A stretch of DNA of 64,000 nucleotides, taken from Candidatus Babeliales bacterium. GTDB lineage: Bacteria; Babelota; Babeliae; Babelales; JANWKD01. The position numbers and the translations under genes are program-made. Position 1 is the first letter of the stretch, and each line of letters begins with the position of its first letter. Under the pieces are notes generated by a model. That model was not told where the DNA came from, did not search any database, and saw only the letters and a list, made by a program, of their open reading frames with translations. The stretch covers positions 384,001-448,000 of the forward strand of contig CAVRJM010000001.1 in NCBI GenBank assembly GCA_963722075.1, given 5' to 3'. Positions 10,420 through 19,489 of the stretch are shown one piece after another.

Positions 10420-10887
10420 TTAAACTATTCTTTTTTCCAAATATTCAATGAATGTTAGTAGTTCTTGAGCGCGGGTTTGAATAGTAGTTGGATGGTCACT
10501 GCCTAGAAATCGATTACCGATTATAGCTAGTTTCTTTTGAATAGCTTCATTTTTTATATTGGCAGGACAATGATCAACGGCAGTAATAATATTGGTGAGA
10601 TCATTGAGAATTTTTTGTATTTTAGCTTTTTTATGTTCTAAGGTGGTGAGTGCTACTTGTTTATCTGAGATTCGTTGATTAATAATATCATTTTCAATGA
10701 TTACCAATTTATTATTAATTTTTTCTAATTTTAATCGCTTTTGTTGCAATTTTATTTTATAGGGGCCATATAGCTTGTGAATAAAGGAAAGAGCAACGGT
10801 AGTTGGATTATTAGAGGTTATTGCATGGGCATTCATTGATATAAAGCAGAGTAAAAAAGTAATGGCTATTTTATAATTTTTGAACAT
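10420..10887 (-). CDS. hypothetical secreted coiled-coil protein
   Basis: AGGAG RBS, signal peptide ending AHA, heptad-rich middle. Confidence 0.75.
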   Translation of the reverse strand: MFKNYKIAITFLLCFISMNAHAITSNNPTTVALSFIHKLYGPYKIKLQQKRLKLEKINNKLVIIENDIINQRISDKQVALTTLEHKKAKIQKILNDLTNIITAVDHCPANIKNEAIQKKLAIIGNRFLGSDHPTTIQTRAQELLTFIEYLEKRIV

Positions 10888-10993
10888 AATAGCTCCTTTT
10901 ATTAAGTAATTTATTTATAGTTATAAGTATACCATTTTCTTACTATTAAAGTCAAATTAGTTTTCTAATAGAAAATATGCTCTTTGATGCCAG

Positions 10994-12304
10994 TTAATGA
11001 GTTTGTTTTTTATAGTTTTCCTGTAGCAGAGAGGTAATTTCAACATTAGAATGGTTAATGGTTAAATCATTCAGAGTAATAGTAGCACCTTTACGCAGTA
11101 ATAATTTAATTATTTTTACGTAATTATTATACTGATAATGATCGTGTGTAGGTATGTTTTCCAGCGCAAATGTTAAAGCGGAGTAATTAAGATTTTCTTT
11201 ATAGTTAATATCGGCTTCGCATTTAATTAATTTTTTTACTGCTTCTCTTTGACCGTGAATGCATGCAAATTGTAATGCTGATAGCCCGTTTTCAGCAGTT
11301 GTGCAATTTACATCGGCGCTTCCTTGATGAACAATATGATGTATATTTTTGGGGTTATATAGAATTGCTACAAATAAAATATTAAAAGGATCTTCTGAAA
11401 AAGCCTCGGGTACTTCGGACTCATTATTGTTTCCTTCCAAATCATTTGGGTGAAAGTTTTGATTAAAATCGAAGCCCGCTTCATACATTCGTTTAAAATT
11501 ATGTGGTTTTTTAAAATCAACAATTATTAATAAATCTTCAAACCATAACGTTGCGCCTTTTTGTATAAGCGAGACACCTAATTCAGGGAATTTTTTAAGC
11601 GATATGCCTAAAGCGTTTTCACCGATTTCATTATCTTCAAGTTGTAATTGAATATCATCGCCAAGAATAGCAATTATCTTTCTAGCCACCATTTCATAAT
11701 TATGTTGTAATGCAGTTAGTAAAGGGGATTTATTAAATTTATCATAATTGCTTAGTAATGGTATTGGACTTGCGTTATTTGATAATGTTTCCATTACCTC
11801 TAAAAAGGCAATAGCACGCTTTTGTTTACCATGTGCGATACAATGATGAAAGGCATTCTGTCCGTCATTATTTACGGCGGTTATATTATCCATAGTATTA
11901 TTATAAATATTTGACAAAATGAATGCTTGTAAATCTGATGTGGTTGATAAATAATGTAAAACGGTATTGTTAAAACGAGAGCGATAATTATTAAATTCAT
12001 CTTGTAATTCAATAGGAAGTTTAGCATATGCTTCTGCCAATGGAACAAGTTTTTTTGGATATAATTTAAATACTATTGAGGGTTTTTGCTTAAAATATTT
12101 TATTAATTGGGTAAAAACTAATTCTTTTAAACTTTTGACTCTATTTGACTTTTTATATTCAGTTTCTTTAATTTTTTTTATAATTTTTGTTGTAATACTT
12201 TTTTCTTCTTTAGTTTCTTCTCGTGATCTTTTCATTGCCCATGCAGGGTAAATTACAAAAGATATTAATAATGAAAATAGACCGAATTTAATTTTATGAG
12301 TCAT
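10994..12304 (-). CDS. secreted ankyrin repeat protein
   Basis: Signal peptide; ANK motifs GQNAFH, KSPLLTA, GLSALQFAC...ADIN, IIKLLLRKGA. Confidence 0.9.
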   Translation of the reverse strand: MTHKIKFGLFSLLISFVIYPAWAMKRSREETKEEKSITTKIIKKIKETEYKKSNRVKSLKELVFTQLIKYFKQKPSIVFKLYPKKLVPLAEAYAKLPIELQDEFNNYRSRFNNTVLHYLSTTSDLQAFILSNIYNNTMDNITAVNNDGQNAFHHCIAHGKQKRAIAFLEVMETLSNNASPIPLLSNYDKFNKSPLLTALQHNYEMVARKIIAILGDDIQLQLEDNEIGENALGISLKKFPELGVSLIQKGATLWFEDLLIIVDFKKPHNFKRMYEAGFDFNQNFHPNDLEGNNNESEVPEAFSEDPFNILFVAILYNPKNIHHIVHQGSADVNCTTAENGLSALQFACIHGQREAVKKLIKCEADINYKENLNYSALTFALENIPTHDHYQYNNYVKIIKLLLRKGATITLNDLTINHSNVEITSLLQENYKKQTH

Positions 12305-12334
12305 GATTTTATTTTCTCCATTTAAGCGATTGTA

Positions 12335-13135
12335 TTATTTTTTTTCTAATAGGGCGGAAATTTTTTTGCCTACTTTCATTCGTACTGAATATTTGGGATA
12401 GGTAATTATGTAAGGATCGCCAAATTTGTCTATTTGTTGTTGCATAAAATAAGCATTTCCCTCTGTATATTCTTTACCCTTCATGCAGCTCAAAATATCT
12501 GCCCGTAATTCTTGAAACTGAATTAATTTATTAAGTGGGTTATTTTTCTGATCAGTAATTGGTTTATAAGGAGTTGAGTTGCGTATAAAATAACGCGTAG
12601 AATGATCATGATGAATCAAATGAATAAGTTCATGTCCTATAATAAACTGTTGTCCTTCTGGCGATAACTTTTTGAACATACTTTCGTTTACAAAAATAAT
12701 GCTATCAGTAGAAGAAGCAGGTATTTCAATATTCCATGGTATCATTTCAACCTGAGTGCTATCAACGTTAAATTCAGCCATAATATCCTTAATCAATTGG
12801 ACGGTATCTGCCGAAATGAGTTGATTAGAATTATAATGTTTTTTCATATCTTGAATACTTGCCCAATAATCAGAATGAGGATCATTGCGTAATTGTTGGC
12901 ATTGATTAGCAGTCATTGGATATACAGCGCTAATTTCTTGCCATAATGCTGTTTGGGTGGTATCAAGCCATTCGAGTAGTTGATTGTCAGTAGTAACGTG
13001 ATCAAAGTTGACGGCATTAATGTTGAAATGTTTGGCTATTGAAGGTTCTATTTTTGTATTTTGTACATGCTTGGATGCATATATAACAATAATTCCTATC
13101 AAAATTGTGGGATAAAGTATGTATTTGAATTGCAT
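12335..13135 (-). CDS. M48-family zinc metallopeptidase-like protein
   Basis: N-terminal TM; IGHELIH (HEXXH), QELRAD, TYP...R. Confidence 0.85.
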   Translation of the reverse strand: MQFKYILYPTILIGIIVIYASKHVQNTKIEPSIAKHFNINAVNFDHVTTDNQLLEWLDTTQTALWQEISAVYPMTANQCQQLRNDPHSDYWASIQDMKKHYNSNQLISADTVQLIKDIMAEFNVDSTQVEMIPWNIEIPASSTDSIIFVNESMFKKLSPEGQQFIIGHELIHLIHHDHSTRYFIRNSTPYKPITDQKNNPLNKLIQFQELRADILSCMKGKEYTEGNAYFMQQQIDKFGDPYIITYPKYSVRMKVGKKISALLEKK

Positions 13136-13168
13136 GATTTTATTTTCTCCATTTAATTAATAATTTTA

Positions 13169-14560
13169 TTATTGATTCTTTTCTAATCGTTCAAGCTCTT
13201 GTTTTTGATAATACTCTTGTAGAAGATCAGATAATTTTTGATCTGCTTGTACAACTTCCTTATCATATGCTGAGATAGTAATGCCTTTGCGTAGTAACAA
13301 CTTAATTATTTTCAAAAGAGTTTCTGAGTCAGCAGATGTATCTTCGATATATTGTTCAAGAATGAAACTCAAAACGGTACCGCCAGTAGATTGTTCTTCA
13401 TTAAGATTTGCGCCTTCTTTAATGAGTTTTTTTATGGCAGAAATGTTATAGGTTTTAGCTGCAAATGATAAAGGGGATTCGCTATCAGCGCAGGCGTTAA
13501 CGTCGGCTTTGCCCTCACGTACAAGGCGAGTAATATTTTTGGGTTTATGCATAACTGCTAACATTAAGCAAGTAAACTCGCTATTACAGGGCTCATCTAT
13601 TTCATTAATATCGGGAATATAAAGGGCGCTTTGATCGAAATCAAAGTTAGCTTGATGGAGTTGCTTAAATAGAAGAGGGTCATCTGTTTGAGCTATAGCT
13701 TTTAAGTGGTTAAAATCTACTTCTGCCCCGTTTTTAATAAGTAATGGTACTAATCTTGGGACATTAACGATTGCTGCAATGAGAGGGTTTTGCCCACTTT
13801 TATTAGGTTTATTAAGATAATTGCTCAATTGATCAGGGTTATTGCCAACAATAGTAATAATTTTTTCAGCAATTTTTTTATAACCGTTTAATAACGCCAA
13901 TAATAAGGGATGATTGTTGTTGGGGTTAAGGACGTTGTCAATTAAACAGGCAGCATTGAATTTTACCATACCCTCTTCTTCTTCTTGGGCTAATTGTTCT
14001 TTCTCTATTTGTTGGGCGACATCTAATAAGGTATCTGCAATAGCTGGTTGTCTTTGTATAAGGCGAGAATATAATGCTGTATGCCAGTTGGGTACTATAC
14101 TATATTCTGTTGCGCTATTTTCATCATTGTTATTATTGTTTTCATTGTTATGAGTTTTGGTAGTAGGAATTTGATTAGATTCAATGGCTAATTTGATAAA
14201 TGCCTTTATATCTTGTGGATCAAATAATTTATGTAAAAGACTGGAATCTTTCTTATGAGAATGTTGATTGCATTCTATCCGTAATTCCACTGGTAAGCGA
14301 GGGTATGCTGCTGCTAATGTGCCCGGTATTCTTTTAAAATATTTTACCAATGCTTTTTTTGCCAATTTTTTTAAGGTTTTTATTTGTATTGGTTCACTGA
14401 GTTCTTCACTAAGGCATTTGGCTTCTTTCGCGCTTGAGCTTGCTCTATTGGTACCTCGTTCTAATTCATGTCTGGGTCTCTTCATTGCCCATGCAGAATG
14501 AGTTGCACAAGAAAGAAAGGCAAACGCTATTACTATATTAAGTTTAGTTTTAAAAATCAT
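13169..14560 (-). CDS. secreted ankyrin repeat protein (paralog of 10994-12304)
   Basis: Signal peptide; ANK motifs HPLLLA, GQNPLIAA, ESPLSFAA...GANLN, IIKLLLRKG. Confidence 0.9.
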   Translation of the reverse strand: MIFKTKLNIVIAFAFLSCATHSAWAMKRPRHELERGTNRASSSAKEAKCLSEELSEPIQIKTLKKLAKKALVKYFKRIPGTLAAAYPRLPVELRIECNQHSHKKDSSLLHKLFDPQDIKAFIKLAIESNQIPTTKTHNNENNNNNDENSATEYSIVPNWHTALYSRLIQRQPAIADTLLDVAQQIEKEQLAQEEEEGMVKFNAACLIDNVLNPNNNHPLLLALLNGYKKIAEKIITIVGNNPDQLSNYLNKPNKSGQNPLIAAIVNVPRLVPLLIKNGAEVDFNHLKAIAQTDDPLLFKQLHQANFDFDQSALYIPDINEIDEPCNSEFTCLMLAVMHKPKNITRLVREGKADVNACADSESPLSFAAKTYNISAIKKLIKEGANLNEEQSTGGTVLSFILEQYIEDTSADSETLLKIIKLLLRKGITISAYDKEVVQADQKLSDLLQEYYQKQELERLEKNQ

Positions 14561-14585
14561 GATTTTGTATTCTCCATTTTATAGT

Positions 14586-15401
14586 TTAAGTAGTTGTATT
14601 ATTTTTTTCTAAAAGTCCCACAATCTTTTTACCAATTGCCAAACGTGCTGATGGCTTTGGGTGCGAACTTGATTCTTGATCGCCATATTTTTGGATAAAG
14701 TGAGCAAAGAATTCAGCGGCACCTTGTGCATATTCAGTTCCGTGTAAGCTCGCTAAGATATCAGCACGCAATTCCTGAAATTGTGAAAGTTTGTGTAGTG
14801 AGTTGGGATCGGCATTAATTGCGGCTTTTTCAATAAAATAATTAGCTGAATGATCTTTTTTAATTAAATGTATCAACTCGTGGCCTATGGCAAATTTTTG
14901 TGCAGCAGGTGAAAGCTCAATAAGTAAGGGTTCGTTAATGAAAAGTAAGGTATCGCATGCCGCCGCTGCTGAAGGAAGATTCCACGCATATATAGTAATT
15001 CCCTTAGGATCGATGCCAAAATCCTTCATAATAGTATGTACTAATTGTATTGTTTGTTCTGATACTTTCTTATCTAATGCCGCATAATCTTTGATCATAG
15101 AAGTTATATAGGTAGTATACTCTTCTATAGAAGTTGTTTTTAATGCTTCGCATTGTTCAAATGAAAGATTTATAGCTTTTTGTAGCTCATGCCATACTGT
15201 TTGTTCCTCTTTAGTAAGCCATTCTTGATAATAAGTAAGTGAAGGGGCTTCTAGAAGGGCATTTTGAGCCAAATTAAACGTTTTAACAATTTTTGGCTCT
15301 ATAAGGGTAGGTTTATGGTCAGATTTAGCCCAAATTAAGGCTGCGATGGCTGCAAGAGCGCATAAGCCATTATATAAGAATAATTTATTGATTTTTACCA
15401 T
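14586..15401 (-). CDS. M48-family zinc metallopeptidase-like protein (paralog of 12335-13135)
   Basis: IGHELIH, QELRAD, SHP...R; ATGGAG RBS before MVKINK at 15401. Confidence 0.85.
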   Translation of the reverse strand: MVKINKLFLYNGLCALAAIAALIWAKSDHKPTLIEPKIVKTFNLAQNALLEAPSLTYYQEWLTKEEQTVWHELQKAINLSFEQCEALKTTSIEEYTTYITSMIKDYAALDKKVSEQTIQLVHTIMKDFGIDPKGITIYAWNLPSAAAACDTLLFINEPLLIELSPAAQKFAIGHELIHLIKKDHSANYFIEKAAINADPNSLHKLSQFQELRADILASLHGTEYAQGAAEFFAHFIQKYGDQESSSHPKPSARLAIGKKIVGLLEKNNTTT

Positions 15402-15485
15402 ATTAACTCCATTTTTTAACATTTTAGCTTATTTTTAGTATAAATATTAATTTATATTTGTCAATTTTTATACCTAATGGGTGTT

Positions 15486-15977
15486 TTATTGGTAAGGGTA
15501 GCTAATTTTTAAAAAAGAGGTGTAATATCCTATGGCAAGGATTGTTGATAGGCTTAATGAGGTCCATATGATGGTAGTATATGGCTGTTTTTTGTACCAC
15601 GGTTTTTGTAACCCCATTTTTGCCTTAACATGATGTTTTTTAGCCTTCCATCCAGCAGCATATACCGTATATAATAACGGGTTGATAGGATTGATTCTTG
15701 TAAGATCAAAAATGCGATTATTAATGCCATTACCAAACATTCCTACTTTATTGAATAGTATGTTTTCTATTGCTTTTCTATGTTCGGGTGTTAAATGATT
15801 ATTTTGATCAGATTGCTTTAAATATATATGCGGTGTAACTTCTTTATCTTCCGGAGAATGTAGTATGAAGGAGCCTTCGCACTTAGGATTATAACCAATA
15901 TATTTTGTTTCCATGCAGATTATTACGGTGCTTATTAAGAGGGAAATAGTTATTAAAGAGTTTTTGAACAGTTTCAT
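15486..15977 (-). CDS. secreted protein with C-terminal TM anchor
   Basis: Signal peptide then ME; C-terminal hydrophobic segment; YAAGW motif resembles the 33316/34031 proteins. Confidence 0.7.
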   Translation of the reverse strand: MKLFKNSLITISLLISTVIICMETKYIGYNPKCEGSFILHSPEDKEVTPHIYLKQSDQNNHLTPEHRKAIENILFNKVGMFGNGINNRIFDLTRINPINPLLYTVYAAGWKAKKHHVKAKMGLQKPWYKKQPYTTIIWTSLSLSTILAIGYYTSFLKISYPYQ

Positions 15978-16133
15978 GGTTTTCTATTTTTTACAATATT
16001 ATTGTACCCAGTTTTTTATTCATGATGATAATTTCTTCAAGCAAGTATTGCAAGTTTTGGTAATAATTAATTCAAAAAATTTAATATATTTTTTTAGGCT
16101 CAGCTTTATAAGATTATTGTTTAGCAAAAAACC

Positions 16134-16290
16134 GTCGTCACGAGGAGCGGCGTCCGACTTCGCCAAGGCTACGACGGATTCCGTCAAAGCAAGCGCGCCT
16201 GTCCGTCGAAGTTTTAACGTAGACGGAACGTGGTGATCCAGGCTGAAATTTTCAAGGAACCCTGGATTGCTTCGACGAGCTCGCAACGAC
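16134..16290. repeat. composite palindromic element (REP/RPE-like dyad with two inserted hairpin modules)
   Basis: GC-rich island; GTCGT...ATCCAGG/CCTGGAT...ACGAC; homologous to 50681-50827 and 51648-51897. Confidence 0.85.
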
Positions 16291-16374
16291 ATCACCTTAC
16301 ATTACTTATGTCAATTTGAGCAAAATTTTTACAGACATTCAAAAGCCATAAATCTCAATAGACCCTAATTAATA

Positions 16375-16401
16375 AAGGGAAGGCTCTTTATGCCTTCCCT
16401 T
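16375..16401 (-). terminator. intrinsic terminator of dnaK
   Basis: AAGGGAAGGC/GCCTTCCCTT stem just past the dnaK stop. Confidence 0.75.
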
Positions 16402-16408
16402 AGGTTTT

Positions 16409-18295
16409 TTATTCGTTTATTTCAGTATCAATTGGGCCTTGATCATTTTGTGGTTCTTCTGGTTGCTCACCGGCGCTGCCAGCTTTTTCTTGGGCCTGTT
16501 TATAGAGGAGCTCTGCAACTTTATGCGAAGCTTGAATAAGTTCATCAGTTGCTTTTTGTAATTCTTCTGGATTAGTTGCATGCTCAACTAATGCAGTTTT
16601 TGCTTTTGCTAATGCATCTTCGGTTGCTTTAACATCGGCTTCGCCAATTTTATCCTTATTTTCTGTAAGGGTTTTTTCTATATCCAAGATAAGACCATCG
16701 AGTCTATTTTTCTTTTCAATAGTATCGCGTACTTTTTTATCTTCAGTTTCATGCGATTTAGCTTCTTGTACCATCTTTTCAATTTCTTCTTTGCTGAGTC
16801 CGCTGCTGCTGGTGATAGTAATGCGTTGTTCTTTGCTGGTTGCTTTATCGCGTGCTGATACATTCACAATACCATTGGCATCGATATCAAACGTTACTTC
16901 GATTTGTGGAACGCCACGTGGTGCTGGTGGGAATCCTTCTAAGCGGAATTGCCCCAATAATTTATTGTCCTTTGCTAATTCACGTTCACCTTGCACAATG
17001 CGAATATCAACTGCGGTTTGATTATCTTCTGCAGTAGAAAACACCTGGGATTTTTTGGTTGGTATGGTGGTATTTCGTTCAATAAGCTTTGTTGCAATAC
17101 CGCCTAATGTTTCAATACCCAGTGATAACGGTGTTACGTCAAGTAAAAGCACGTCAGTGACTTCACCTGCTAATACACCGCCCTGTATTGCTGCGCCAAT
17201 AGCAACCACTTCATCAGGATTTACCGATCTATTGGGTTCTTTACCAAAAAAGTCTTTAACCAGTTGCTGTACTTTTGGCATACGGGTTGATCCGCCCACT
17301 AAAATAACTTCATCAATTGCATCGCGCGAGATTTTAGCATCGGCCATTGCTTTTTTGCATGGTTCAAGCAAGCGTGTAAATAAATCAGCGCATAGTGATT
17401 CAAGTTTTGCGCGGGTGATTTTCAGCGTAAGATGCTTAGGGCCTGATGCATCGGCAGTAATATAAGGTAAGTTAATTTCTGTTTCTGGGACGGTAGAAAG
17501 TTCTATTTTTGCTTTTTCAGCGGCTTCTTTTAAGCGTTGCAATGCCATTTTATCAGATCGGAGATCAATGCCTTGCTCTTTTTTGAACTCATCAATGATA
17601 TAGTTCATGAGGCGCTGATCAATATCGTCACCCCCTAGATGGGTGTCTCCATTAGTTGATTTAACTTCGATAACTCCTTCATGGATATCTAGAATTGATA
17701 TATCAAAGGTACCGCCACCAAAATCAAATACTGCTACCGTACCACTTTTCTTTTTATCTTCTCCATATGCTAATGCGGCTGCGGTAGGTTCATTGATAAT
17801 ACGCTTTACTTCTAATCCGGCGATTTTGCCTGCATCTTTGGTTGCTTGGCGCTGTGAGTCATTAAAATATGCTGGTACGGTGATAACTGCTTCGGTGACC
17901 TTTTCACCCAAATAGTTTTCTGCTGTTTGCTTGATGAAGCTGAGGATGGCGCTGGCTATTTCTTGCGGGGTGTATTCTTTTCCTTGTGCCATAATGCCAA
18001 CATCGCCATTGGCGCGTTTGACTATTTTATAAGGCATATTTTTTGCTTCTTGCGCAACTTCTTCATATTTTAAGCCTATGAAACGCTTTGCAGAGTAAAT
18101 GGTATTTTCTGGGTTGGTAATTGCTTGGCGCTTTGCTAAAGTTCCTACAAGTCGTTTGCCATCCTTGGTAAATGCTACTACTGATGGTATGGTATTAGCT
18201 CCTTCGGGGCTGGGTATTACTTTTGGCGTTCCGCCTTCCATAAATGCTATTACTGAATTGGTGGTCCCCAAATCTATTCCTATAATTTTTCCCAT
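16409..18295 (-). CDS. dnaK: molecular chaperone DnaK
   Basis: [32 protein letters not shown]. Confidence 0.99.
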   Translation of the reverse strand: MGKIIGIDLGTTNSVIAFMEGGTPKVIPSPEGANTIPSVVAFTKDGKRLVGTLAKRQAITNPENTIYSAKRFIGLKYEEVAQEAKNMPYKIVKRANGDVGIMAQGKEYTPQEIASAILSFIKQTAENYLGEKVTEAVITVPAYFNDSQRQATKDAGKIAGLEVKRIINEPTAAALAYGEDKKKSGTVAVFDFGGGTFDISILDIHEGVIEVKSTNGDTHLGGDDIDQRLMNYIIDEFKKEQGIDLRSDKMALQRLKEAAEKAKIELSTVPETEINLPYITADASGPKHLTLKITRAKLESLCADLFTRLLEPCKKAMADAKISRDAIDEVILVGGSTRMPKVQQLVKDFFGKEPNRSVNPDEVVAIGAAIQGGVLAGEVTDVLLLDVTPLSLGIETLGGIATKLIERNTTIPTKKSQVFSTAEDNQTAVDIRIVQGERELAKDNKLLGQFRLEGFPPAPRGVPQIEVTFDIDANGIVNVSARDKATSKEQRITITSSSGLSKEEIEKMVQEAKSHETEDKKVRDTIEKKNRLDGLILDIEKTLTENKDKIGEADVKATEDALAKAKTALVEHATNPEELQKATDELIQASHKVAELLYKQAQEKAGSAGEQPEEPQNDQGPIDTEINE

Positions 18296-18367
18296 AAATT
18301 CCTTTCAATGGTTTTAACCTTTATTAATCTAATTTTGGCTTATTCTAACTGCTTTTTTGGTATATAA

Positions 18368-18395
18368 GTTATAGTATAAATGAAGGAAATGTCAA
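18368..18395 (-). promoter_or_regulatory. sigma70-type promoter for dnaK
   Basis: TTGACA-16 nt-TATAAC on the minus strand about 75 nt upstream of the start. Confidence 0.55.
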
Positions 18396-18552
18396 TTTTT
18401 ATTTAAAAAAATCTGAGTCTATTACACTCAACTTTTTGCACCTCTATTTAATAGGGCGTGGGTATAATTTATTTTTGTCGCATAATTTTATGGTTATTGT
18501 TAATAAAGATATGAAAGGAAGGCAGGATGACGCAGGGCACTCCGTCTGCGAG

Positions 18553-18602
18553 AAGATAATAGCTCTAAGCTTTTTTTAATAAAGCTTTAGAGCTATTATC
18601 TT
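18553..18602. other. long hairpin (terminator-like)
   Basis: AAGATAATAGCTCTAAGCTTT / AAAGCTTTAGAGCTATTATCTT, one bulge. Confidence 0.65.
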
Positions 18603-18622
18603 TCTTGACTCCGTAAATAAAA

Positions 18623-18668
18623 AAGGAGGATTAATTAAAGGAGGATTAATTAGAGGATTAATTAAAGG
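18623..18668 (+). repeat. 3x tandem GAGGATTAATTA repeat
   Basis: Copies at 18626, 18641 and 18653. Confidence 0.8.
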
Positions 18669-18785
18669 GTTTTCACACTTCATTAGGGAAACTTGCTATG
18701 CTAATTTACCATTGGTTACTATTAATAAGGGAGAGTGGTTAAAATCAAGTAAATAAAAAAGCAGGTAAATAAAAAGGATCGAACA

Positions 18786-19130
18786 ATGCTTAGAAATGTA
18801 AAAGCGTATACGACAATTATGGTACTCTGTGGAATATGGGCGCCGCTATATCCAATTAACTTTGAAAACAATAGTGGACTAGATATAAATGTAATACCTC
18901 AGTATGGGATCTCATTAGCAAAAGGCGATAAAAAAACAGTAAGTATTCCAGTTAATACAATTTTATCATTTGAGATTGTCGCTGCCGGTGTAGATAACGC
19001 TACTATTACTAATCCTGATATGAATGCAACATATATTATTAGCAAAAAAGAAGGATATAGAAATAAATATGTACAATATATAGGAAATGTTAAGGACCCT
19101 TATCAGTATTTACAAGCAACCAAAAAATAA
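18786..19130 (+). CDS. small secreted hypothetical protein
   Basis: AAGGA RBS, signal peptide, beta-rich mature part. Confidence 0.7.
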   Translation: MLRNVKAYTTIMVLCGIWAPLYPINFENNSGLDINVIPQYGISLAKGDKKTVSIPVNTILSFEIVAAGVDNATITNPDMNATYIISKKEGYRNKYVQYIGNVKDPYQYLQATKK

Positions 19131-19489
19131 GGAATTTATTTTATAACTACTCTCCTTTTTTTAATCCCTAACCAATACACGTTACTATTTTTTTCAGTAT
19201 ATTTAATAACCAATCGTACGAATTATTTATGCTATATATTGTATGTTAATTAATAGATATATATAGTTATGTATATTTAAAAAACCATGATTATTAGGTA
19301 ATATTTTTACTAAAACTTCTGAAAAAGGGAAACCGCGCGCTTTTTTCTTCGTACGCTATTTTGTGCAGTTATCAGGCGAACGGTTATAATTGCTGTTCAT
19401 TATTATGAGGCCAGGGCGGTTGCCAAATATTGATTTTTATATCATAATTAAATAATAGAAATTAAAATCAGGGATAAATTAGGGAAAAT

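Noticed and set aside
16134..16290. CRISPR array, tRNA or riboswitch reading of the GC-rich islands
   Set aside because: No regular repeat-spacer periodicity, no cas genes, no cloverleaf; copies are dispersed and occur in both orientations.
15913..16295. ORFs 16020-16295 (-) and 15913-16236 (+)
   Set aside because: They are open mainly because they cross the GC-rich palindromic element; no RBS or protein-like composition.
16678..18317. Multiple antisense and alternate-frame ORFs within dnaK (and similar ones in other long genes)
   Set aside because: Shadow ORFs from codon bias in bona fide genes.
18296..18500. CIRCE operator upstream of dnaK
   Set aside because: No TTAGCACTC-N9-GAGTGCTAA match found.
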